A stretch of DNA of 39,686 bases from Octopus bimaculoides (taxonomy: Eukaryota): assembly GCF_001194135.2 (NCBI RefSeq), contig NC_068996.1:53828839-53868524 (forward strand). The letters run 5' to 3'. Below, in pieces: positions 1 through 8,074 of the stretch. The notes beneath the pieces are model-generated. The model was given only the letters and a program-made list of their open reading frames with translations. It was not told where the DNA came from and ran no database searches. Position 1 is the stretch's first letter. Every line of letters begins with the position of its first letter. Position numbers and translations under genes: made by a program.

Positions 1-42
1 CATGCTAGCATGGAAAGCGGACGTTAAACGATGATGATGATG

Positions 43-44
<2 letters not shown>
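1..44 (+). mobile_element. 3' tail of SINE family B (RTE-type, (GAT)n tail)
   Basis: CATGCTAGCATGGAAAGCGGACGTTAAACGATGATGATGATGAT is identical to the end of the copy at 30535-30733. Confidence 0.85.
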
Positions 45-85
<41 letters not shown>

Positions 86-134
86 TAAAAGCAGCAGAAA
101 TATAACAAAAAAACCGTTACTCTGAGTTTAACGT

Positions 135-164
<30 letters not shown>

Positions 165-165
<1 letters not shown>

Positions 166-500
166 GCTTAAAAGTGGAGCATTTTACAATCAAAGTCAGA
201 TGTAGAGGATTCATTGGACACAGTGTGAGGAGGTGACTGTTGTTATCATTAGGCCTGACTCATCATTAAGTAAATACCACCATGAATGATATCCAAACCA
301 CAGTGGAGAAGGCTAAGCCACTGGATTTGGTTAAAAAGAGACGATGAGTGATGGCTAGAAGAATATTGAGCTTTATTCAATAACCAGTTGATCTAGCAAG
401 CGGGGCCTCATATCAGTGAGGGAGGGGGGGCGGTGCGCAATGATGGTGTTGAGAGGTAGGCCCTGAAACAGCGCGCATTCTCTCCTGATGACCCCATACA
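165..500 (+). mobile_element. Highly degenerate Penelope-like 3' fragment (tentative)
   Basis: Broken translation LSKY...TVEKAKP..VKKR resembles the Penelope GIY-YIG C-terminal region seen at 34654. It is followed by hammerhead-like words GAAACAGC and CTGATGA at about 445-495. Confidence 0.3.
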
Positions 501-579
501 CTTTTTAACTTTCAATATGCAGAGCTTTCATCTGGTAGCACTTGCATGTACAAGTTGTTTGAAAAACATATATATAGAT

Positions 580-1040
580 GCAGGCATGGCTGTGTGGTAA
601 GAAACTTGCCTCCGAACCACATGGTTTCAGGTTCAGTATGGAGCCTTCTACTATAGCCTGGGGCTGACCAAAGCCTTGTGAGTGGATTTGGTTGNNNNNN
701 NNNNNNNNNNNNNNNNNNNNNNNNNNNNNNNNNNNNNNNNNNNNNNNNNNNNNNNNNNNNNNNNNNNNNNNNNNNNNNNNNNNNNNNNNNNNNNATATAT
801 ATATGTATATATAAATATATAAGTATATATTTGTGTGTTTGTGTCTGTGCTTGTCCCTCCACCATTGCTTGACAACTGATCTTGGTGTGTTTACGTCCCC
901 ATAACTTAGCAGTTTGGCAAAAGTGACCAATAGAATAAATACTAGGCTTACAAAGAATAAGTTTAGGAGTTGGTTTCTTCAACTAAAAGATAATGCTGCA
1001 GTATGGCCACAATTAAAATGACTGAAACACATAAAAGAAT
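580..1040 (+). mobile_element. SINE family A (tRNA-like head, CORE-like body, internal microsatellite slot, 3' module); contains N-gap
   Basis: Head GCAGGCATGGCTGTGTGGTAAG...GGTTCAG and tail ...GACTGAAAC..TAAAAGA are homologous to 1214-1640 and 11524-11880. Confidence 0.85.
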
Positions 1041-1062
1041 AAAAAAATATGTATGTATTATG

Positions 1063-1213
1063 GGTTTCTTTCAGTTTCTGTCTACAAAACTCACTGGCAA
1101 GGCTTTGGTCGGCCCAAGGTTATAGTAGAAAACCTGCGTAAAGTACCCTGCTGAGGGACTGACCTCAAAACCATGTGGTTTAGAAGCAAACTTCTTACCA
1201 CACGGCCTTGCCT
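1063..1213 (-). mobile_element. SINE family A, head-only copy
   Basis: Reverse complement matches the head of the copies at 580 and 1214 and ends at the microsatellite slot. Confidence 0.8.
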
Positions 1214-1356
1214 CTTGCTAACCAACCACATGGTTCCGGGTTCATTCCTACTGCGTGGCACCTTAGGCAAGTGTCTTCTACTATAGCCTCGGGCCAACCA
1301 AAGCCTTGTGAGTGGATTTGGTAGACGGAAACTGAAAGAAGCCTGTCGTATATATG

Positions 1357-1437
<81 letters not shown>

Positions 1438-1640
1438 TTGTGTGTCTGTGTTTGTCCCCCCAACATCACCTGACAACTGATGCTGGTGTGTTTACGTCCC
1501 TGTAACTTAGCGGTTCGAAAAAGAGACCGATAGAATAAGTACTAGGCATCCAAAGAATAAGTCCTGGGGTCGATTTGCTTGACTAAAGGTGGTGCTCCAG
1601 CATGGCCACAGTCAAATGACTGAAACAAGTAAAAGAGTAT
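1214..1640 (+). mobile_element. SINE family A, near full length with internal (TA)/(TG)n
   Basis: CCACATGGTTCCGGGTTCA...GGCAAGTGTCTTCTACTATAGCC...(TG)n about 1366-1430...GGTGCTCCAGCATGGCCACAGTCAAATGACTGAAACAAGTAAAAGAG. Confidence 0.9.
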
Positions 1641-2049
1641 GAACAAATAGATAAATATAAAAATATGTTGGAAAGAACTAGACTCGTCTACATTTCTGAA
1701 TGTTTTATGCTGAAAAGTACAGCAGATGCACTGTTTTAAAGAGACAGAATCTAACACCATTTGTCATATCTTGTTAAATATTAAAATTCTAATTACATCA
1801 TAAAATAAATTGAAAATAAATATTTATATTGCCAATTCACTCACAGAATAAACATAATTAGTCGCTTAACTCTTCATGATCTGAAATATCCATCAACAAG
1901 TGATGGAAATGGAAACAGTAATGGTGGCGGTAGTCATAATGTGTTTGTAGAACTGTAACAGTGAAGTAGTGACGACCACAAACATAATTAACAAAACACA
2001 TTTTTGCCTCTAAATCTCTTAAAATTTTTATTATTTCTTTATTTTGCAG

Positions 2050-2141
2050 TTACTCCAATATTGGTGTAAAAGGCCAATATTTATACCATATTTCAGACAA
2101 GTATGGCAAACAAATCAGAGGCCCACCTGAAAAGGAAGAAA
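2050..2141 (+). CDS. Putative internal coding exon of an unidentified host gene (YSNIGVKGQYLYHISDKYGKQIRGPPEKEE)
   Basis: Pyrimidine tract plus TTTTGCAG acceptor (AG 2048-2049), one open frame of 30 codons (2051-2140), GTAAGT donor at 2142. Phase 2 in, phase 1 out. Protein family not recognised. Confidence 0.65.
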
Positions 2142-2248
2142 GTAAGTGATGTTAGAAATAAAAATTTTTATTTAAAAAAAAATAATAAATTGTTTGATAA
2201 AATTTGTTTTATATTTTTGTAATTCCTTTTTCCTTACGAACCAATCAG

Positions 2249-2283
2249 GTTTCTGTCATGGAAGGAAAACATCTCCATCTTAA
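2249..2283 (+). CDS. Possible short alternative terminal exon (SFCHGRKTSPS*)
   Basis: 107-nt intron after 2141 with TTCCTTTTTCCTT...ATCAG acceptor. In phase-1 frame gives 11 codons to TAA at 2281-2283. AATAAA at 2315-2320. Confidence 0.4.
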
Positions 2284-2314
2284 ATGTTTAGCAAATATGT
2301 TGAATCATTGTGGC

Positions 2315-2320
2315 AATAAA
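2315..2320 (+). promoter_or_regulatory. Candidate polyadenylation signal
   Basis: AATAAA 31 nt after the TAA of the candidate terminal exon. The hexamer is common in AT-rich DNA. Confidence 0.3.
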
Positions 2321-2474
2321 TAACACTGACGTCATTTCTACACTTTTCCTAATATTTTGACTGGATATTGGAAAAATGGATAAGTTTTTCTCAATTATTA
2401 TTTTGTGTGTGTGTAGACATTAGTATTTATTAGCTACATCAACTTTTGCTGCCTTTCAAAGGCTATGGAAAATC

Positions 2475-2775
2475 TCCTCCTTCCCCCATCCCACCTCCTC
2501 CTCCTCCTCCTTGCTGCTACTCCTTCTCTTCATCATTGTCCTTCCATACTCACCCTCTTCTTTATCACCCCTTTCTTCTACTCCTCCTTCCCTCATCCTG
2601 TTCTTCCTCTCCCCACCCCCATTTTCCCTTTACTCTATCCTTTGTCTTTCTCTTCTTCCTCATCCTTTCCTCATTTTTCTCCCCACTCTGCAGATCTTCC
2701 TCTTTCTCCACCACATCCCATCCACCCATTTATCCCCTCCCCTCCTGTACCGCCCTTTGCCCTTTCCTTCTTTTG
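2475..2775 (+). repeat. Polypyrimidine (CT/CCT-rich) low-complexity tract
   Basis: About 300 nt dominated by C/T on the + strand; source of the Pro/Ser/Leu-rich ORFs 2446-2830. Confidence 0.85.
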
Positions 2776-4118
2776 GTCCTTTTTCAAAACACTCTATAAA
2801 GTAAATGACAAAACCCATAAGTGTAATTAACAGATGAGTCTTCATCACAACACCAAACCATTTAACAAATTCCATTTTCCTGTCTTTCAGTTATTATTGC
2901 TAAACTGATTTTCTATGATATTGATGAAGATCACTTATTGATCTCACTCACACAAATAGATTGATCATTCAACTCTTTGTTGTTTGGCCCTTCTTTTTTT
3001 TCCAGCTAACCCTTTCAAAACCAACCCTTGAGAACCCTTTTTTATTAAAATGTTCAAATATTCAATTTAAATCTTGAACAGTAATCTCATTATGACAAAG
3101 ATTTGCAAATTCTAGCCCCCAACACCCATCTCTACCCACCTCCACTCTGCCTCTACTCCATCTTTCCCTACTACCATCTCGTTCAGTCCACCCCCTACTT
3201 TAGCTGCACTTACTGCAGTTATCTTGCTCTACCTATCTCTAGTCTAACTATTTTCCACCACCAACACAAGACCGTAACCTATTTCCTTTCCAGCTACAAT
3301 ATATTCTCATCATATGATTTTAACGACACCTAATTTACCAATAATTTACTCTCAGATGTGTTTCCACAGAAAAAAAACAAAACAAAACAAAAACAACAAC
3401 AAAAAAAAACATTCTAAATGTACTGGCTACTACTGTGCCATAAATTATTTAGTAATATAGAATAAGAACAACCAAATTGTTCAGTCACATGATATATATA
3501 GTTAATGTTCACAATCAATTATTTGGTAATTATTACTTTATGCATTCATAGAAAGAGACCTACAAAGCATCACCAAATTCCTCAATAGAGAATAAATATA
3601 TCTTTTGCATCTGAAATTTGGTAAAAAAATTACTTTGGGTTATTTACTGTTTAAAGAAAGATGAATTTTATTTACTTGAAACTGAGAGAAGAGTTGTGTT
3701 TAATATTTGATTGAATGTTCTCAACACAAAAATTCTCTTTTCAACTATTATCTCTTCTTTGTTATCATTCATTAATATTCATAAAACTGCATCAATGAGA
3801 ACAGCTAACACAGCATCTGTCTGCAGGCATTTTTATGAATATTTTTTTGTTCTCATACTAATCTAGTCAGTGGTGTGATGTGAAATTGTTGTTGTTGTTG
3901 TGTAGCTTCAGGTCAGCTTTGATGAACAGAAGTTACAGACAGATATCATGTGGTGCAATATGGTATTACACTTAGTAATTAATATCTGTGATATGGTATT
4001 AGATTTTGTAGTCACAGTGTGTAATAAATACCAACTGCACAGTGATAATGTGTTGTGCTGTGAAATAAAAAGTTAAATAAAAAGCTGGATATTTCATAAA
4101 GATTTTTTAAAAAAACCC

Positions 4119-4308
4119 CACAAAGCACACACATAAAACTTATAAACAACAGCATTTAAATAGACATTGGGTTGAAAAATCCTTTTGGACAGAAAAAGTC
4201 AAAAGTTGCTCATACGATTTGAAGCCACATCTTCTGTAAACATGATAGACTTTCTACAATTGGACTAAAGTCAATCCTTTGAATTTCTCAGTCCATTTTA
4301 GAAACTTT
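4119..4308 (-). repeat. Inverted copy of the tRNA-containing unit
   Basis: Reverse complement AAGTTTCTAAAATGGACTGAGAAATTCAAAGGATTGACTTTAGTCCAATTGTAGAAAGTCTATCATGTTTACAGAAGATGTGGCTTCAAATC aligns by eye with 4405-4560. Confidence 0.85.
4205..4275 (-). pseudogene. Decayed tRNA-Thr(TGT)-like sequence, copy 1
   Basis: Degenerate A box (TAGTCCAATTG), CATGTTT anticodon loop, B-box-like GCTTCAAATC, followed by TTTTT. Confidence 0.5.
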
Positions 4309-4444
4309 GTTCTGACTAATGAGAATTTTATGTTATTGACATCAAAAGAATTTTATCAACAGTGATCTCGAAGTGTATAAAATTATAAACAAGAGCATAT
4401 AAATAGCTGATAAGTTTCTAAAATGGAGAGAGAAATTCAAAGGA

Positions 4445-4515
4445 TTAATGTTGGTCCAATGGTAGAACATCTGTCATGTTTACAGAGGATGTGGGTTCAA
4501 ATCCTATGGACAGCC
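4445..4515 (+). pseudogene. Decayed tRNA-Thr(TGT)-like sequence, copy 2
   Basis: A box TGGTCCAATGG; D stem GTCC/GAAC; anticodon stem TCTGT/ACAGA (4470-4474/4482-4486) with 7-nt loop CATGTTT (TGT at 4477-4479); B box GGTTCAAATCC; TTTTT at 4522-4526. The acceptor stem does not pair. Confidence 0.6.
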
Positions 4516-4736
4516 TTTGACTTTTTCTATTCAGAAAGGTTTTTCAACCAAACATTTGCATCATCATCATTACATGATATCGTTTATAGCTTTATGTATG
4601 TGCTTCAAGATATACTATTCTAAATAAGAGTTATTTCATGTTCCCTCAAGGTTTATAAAATTCTTATGCTATAAACAATGTGTAGATCTTGTTGGTAAAG
4701 ATAAAGTTTCTAAAGTGTAAAGAGACATTAAGAGGA

Positions 4737-4803
4737 TTGACTTTGGTCCAATGGTAAAACATCTGTCATGTCTACAGGAGATATAGGTTCAACCATGGAC
4801 AAC
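4737..4803 (+). pseudogene. Decayed tRNA-Thr(TGT)-like sequence, copy 3
   Basis: TGGTCCAATGGTAAAACATCTGTCATGTCTACAGG...GGTTCAACC; the T arm is partly deleted. Confidence 0.5.
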
Positions 4804-4959
4804 CTTCAACATTTTCTATCCAAAAGGGATTTTCAATCCGATATTTACAAGATATTGTTTATAAATTTATGTATGTGATTTGAGAAATACCATTCCAAAA
4901 AAGAATTATTTCGCATTCTCTCAAAAGTTTACAAAATTCTTATGGCATCAAAAAATAGT

Positions 4960-5345
4960 AATATTTCTTTGGTCTTGTTTGTTCTGGTAGATTCTGTGAG
5001 AGCAACCAGCAGTCTGGTGTCAGGTGTCTCACAGGGTCTCTTTCTGTACATTATAAGCTTTGATACTTGGTTGTTATTTATAGTGGGAGACATTCCACAT
5101 CCAAGTACCAATCTCAAAATCCTAGCTGTCCCCAGCAGAGTAGCTTTTTTGGAGTTTGCTCTGCTCTCGTATCAATTCCGATTTCTCTGACATATTTCTC
5201 AAACTTGGTTCCTAGTGCTCCGAGTGTCCCTACAACTACTGGAATGACAGACACTCTCCTCATACTCCACATTCTTGCAATTTCCTCTTTTAGTAGTCTC
5301 TACTTTCCAATCTTTTCTAGTTCTTTGTCACTTATGCACGCATCC
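4960..5345 (-). mobile_element. 5'-truncated R4/Dong-clade non-LTR retrotransposon (RLE C-terminus and 3' UTR)
   Basis: Minus translation KELEKIGK*RLLKEEIARMWSMRRVSVIPVVVGTLGALG...(fs)QKATLLGTARILRLVL is the restriction-like endonuclease tail of R4/Dong. Its 5' end abuts (TAA)n. Confidence 0.8.
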
Positions 5346-5389
5346 ATTATTATTATTATTATTATTTTTATTACTATTATTATTATTAT
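5346..5389. repeat. (ATT)n microsatellite
   Basis: Directly visible; flanks the Dong-like element. Confidence 0.95.
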
Positions 5390-5863
5390 GAAACCTTTTA
5401 GTTTTTAATATATTAATTACCAGTTACCAATGTTAATGTCGTATGTTATTATTTTTGCAACATAAAACAGGAAATGTTTAATTCACATTGCAAACGGTGT
5501 TGTAAAGTCAGAAGAATTATGTCATCTACTTATTTCAGATGAAGCTTATCTCAGCCACTCCATTTTATGCCTGCTTGCTTAGCTCATCTTAAACTAAATG
5601 ACATTTTGCCTCTGTTCAGTAGAAGATGATATTTAATAATAATTTATTTGACTCAATAATTGACTCATTCATAAATTATTTTAAATTGCAGAAAAATGGT
5701 TGTTAATAAGCTTTTCGAGATGAAAGATAGAAAATTTGTAAAAATCAATGTGCTGTTATGATATTTAGATGGAATTTTGGCTTTTAGGAAGTAATTTTCA
5801 TCAGATAATTAATCAGAATGAAAAGTTAATTAAAATTCTTTGAATCATATTATTAGCCTCCCA

Positions 5864-6005
5864 TACATACATACATACATACATGCATACATACATACAT
5901 ACATACATATATATATGTACATACATACATACCTACCTACCTACATACATACATACATACATACATACATACCTACCTACCTACATACATACATACATAC
6001 ATACA

Positions 6006-6035
<30 letters not shown>
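5864..6035. repeat. (TACA)n/(TACC)n compound microsatellite
   Basis: Directly visible. Confidence 0.95.
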
Positions 6036-6036
<1 letters not shown>

Positions 6037-6254
6037 TTTTCCTTAAGGAATTTATTGTGTAATGTCATGCTTTTAGAGGCTATGTATTTTGCTTATTGAT
6101 AATGAGGAAAAAAACATTATTAATTTTGATAATGACTTTAATAATTTTGATAATGACATTAATAATGCCCAGATAATAATCAGAAAAGAAAAACTCAGAT
6201 AAACAACTTAGTATTGTAAGAGGGCAATGTTTATATATGGACTTATTCATTACT

Positions 6255-6340
6255 TTCTGGTTTCAAATCCCACCTAAGTCAACTTTGCTTTTCACCCTTC
6301 CAGGGTCAGTAAAATACCAGTAAAACACAGGAGTTGATTC
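6255..6340 (+). mobile_element. SINE family C internal fragment
   Basis: GGTTTCAAATCCCACCTAAGTCAACTTTGCTTTTCACCCTT resembles the B-box/body of 6583-6750. Confidence 0.55.
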
Positions 6341-6348
6341 ATATTCCT

Positions 6349-6565
6349 ACACTCTCAGAGTGGTTGGCATTAGGAAGGGCATCCAGCTGTAGAAACCTTG
6401 CCAGATCAGATTGGAGCCCGGTGCAGCCTTCTGGCTTGCCAGTCCTCAGTCAAACTATCCAACCCATNNNNNNNNNNCAGCCTTCTGGCTTGCCAGTCCT
6501 CAGTCAAACTATCCAACCCATGCCAGCATGGAAAACAGACGCTAAATAACAACGACGATGATGAT
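6349..6565 (+). mobile_element. SINE family B with duplicated segment across a 10-N gap
   Basis: GAGTGGTTGGCATTAGGAAGGGCATCCAGCTGTAGAAAC...CCAACCCATGCCAGCATGGAAAA...GATGATGATG; homologous to 30535-30733. Confidence 0.85.
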
Positions 6566-6582
6566 GCTTCTTTGATACCTAG

Positions 6583-6750
6583 GGTGGTGAGCTGACAGAA
6601 TCATTAGCACACCAGGTGAAATGCTTGATGGTATTTCATCCATCCACATGTTCTGAGTTCAAATTCTGCTGAGGTCATCTTTGCCTTTCATCCTTTTGGG
6701 ATTCATAGAATAAGTACCAGTCAATCACAGAGGTCAATGTAATTGACTTA
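6583..6750 (+). mobile_element. SINE family C (tRNA-derived head)
   Basis: GGTGGTGAGCTGACAGAATCATTAGC...GTTCTGAGTTCAAATTCTGCTGAGGTCATCTTTGCCTTTCATCC. Confidence 0.85.
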
Positions 6751-6918
6751 ACTACTGTTGGGTAAGAGTATAAAAATTGCACCCCTCTGTGAAGCCATGT
6801 TGCAGAGTAGGTTCATCAAACCAGTATGACCTCAATCTCAAATCCATGGCCACCACATTGGACCATAGTTGGTGGAGAGAACATGCTAGCCTTCATCCTG
6901 CAGTGGACTGAACATAAG

Positions 6919-6963
6919 CAATCCAACTGAGGCCAATCCAACTGAGGCCAATCCAACTGAGGC
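6919..6963. repeat. 15-bp perfect tandem repeat x3 (CAATCCAACTGAGGC)
   Basis: Units at 6919, 6934 and 6949. Confidence 0.95.
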
Positions 6964-7557
6964 TTTGATATGAATGGAATTATGATAGAAGACGAGGACT
7001 AAATTTGTTGAAATTGTTAGAAAGAAAATGTACGAGAGAACATTGATTTATGTTTAGATGTATTTTGTTCTTTACTTCTTGGTCACAAACGGCAATGGTT
7101 GGATACCATTAAACATTAAGCCTCAGTGACATTGACATGTTCAATACTTCAGTCTCTCACTTTTAGGACTTATGAAGTTTAGTAAATTTCATTATGGTCT
7201 GACCATTTGCAATGGTCAGGAAAAGAGAGTTTCTAGAAACAATATTGATTGTTAGAAGATGTTTTGTTGGAAACTTATGTATTATGATCTTTTGGCAATG
7301 GCTTTTAAGAAATATTTGCTTCTTTGTATAATATTTTAAATTTTGGTACTGTCTCATTATCCTGTATTGGTCTGAATTCTGGATTTGTTGACATTCCCAA
7401 GTGTTTGACTCTACGTTGGAAAGTGAAAAATAAGAATTGCACTGATATTTTTTTATTATTGAGTTGGAAGAGAAAGGGAAATGTAGAGTCTTCAAGACTG
7501 GCAGGAAGGAGAAGAAATTTTTGGTGTTAAACTGGGCAATAAAGTAAATCTACTATC

Positions 7558-8074
7558 CAATGGTGTAGCAAAAGTTTGTGCCAGCCACCTGGGGCAGTTC
7601 CAGGTGAGGAGTTTGGCTGCCTATTCACAGAACATATGTATTACATATATAATGACCATCCACTAAAAAGTTGCCTGAAATGAACCACCTTTCTTGCCCA
7701 CCCTCTAAACAAAATTGCTTGGAACAGATCACCTCGCTTGCTCACCCCTTAAGTAATGTTGCCTGGAATGGATTACCTCCGTTGTCCACCCTTAAAGTTG
7801 TATGGAACAGATCACTTCATTTGTTCACACCCTAAAAAAGCTGCCTGGAACAGATAACCTATCTTGCCACCCTTAAATAAAGTTGTCTGGAACAGATCAT
7901 TACTCTTACTCACCCCTAAACAAAATTGCCTCGAATGGATCACTTCTCTTGCCCACCTCCTAAGAAAAATGTTGGCTGGAATGTATTGTCTTTCTTGCCC
8001 AGTCCTTAAACAAATCTGCCTGGAACAGATCACCTCTTGCTTCCCTTTAGCCAAATTCTAATGCTTACACCCAG
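7558..8074. mobile_element. Possible non-autonomous DNA transposon enclosing the minisatellite
   Basis: Weak terminal inverted match: CAATGGTGTAGC (7558-7569) vs GCTTACACCCAG (8063-8074). No clear TSD. Confidence 0.3.
7664..8047. repeat. Degenerate ~43-bp minisatellite, 9 units
   Basis: Approximate consensus TAAA(C)AAAGTTGCCTGGAACAGATCACCTCTCTTGCCCACCCC; every unit is diverged along its whole length. Confidence 0.9.

Larger units (their letters stand above)
4405..4950 (+). repeat. Two tandem direct copies of a ~290-nt tRNA-containing unit (about 4405-4700 and 4701-4950)
   Basis: Both start GATA(A)AGTTTCTAAA, share TTGGTCCAATGGTA.AACATCTGTCATGT.TACAG and end near AAAATTCTTATG. Confidence 0.85.

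Noticed and set aside
2446-2830. Pro/Ser/Leu-rich ORFs
   Set aside because: All three + frames are open because of the C/T bias; no splice signals or domain.
4445-4515. Functional tRNA-Thr gene
   Set aside because: The acceptor stem does not pair and the anticodon loop has A33/T37 in place of U33/purine 37; called a pseudogene.
6421-6522. Direct duplication flanking 10 Ns inside SINE B
   Set aside because: Typical unmerged contig overlap; treated as an assembly artefact.
7664-8047. CRISPR-like periodicity
   Set aside because: The whole unit is homologous between repeats with no unique spacers, there are no cas genes, and the context is eukaryotic.
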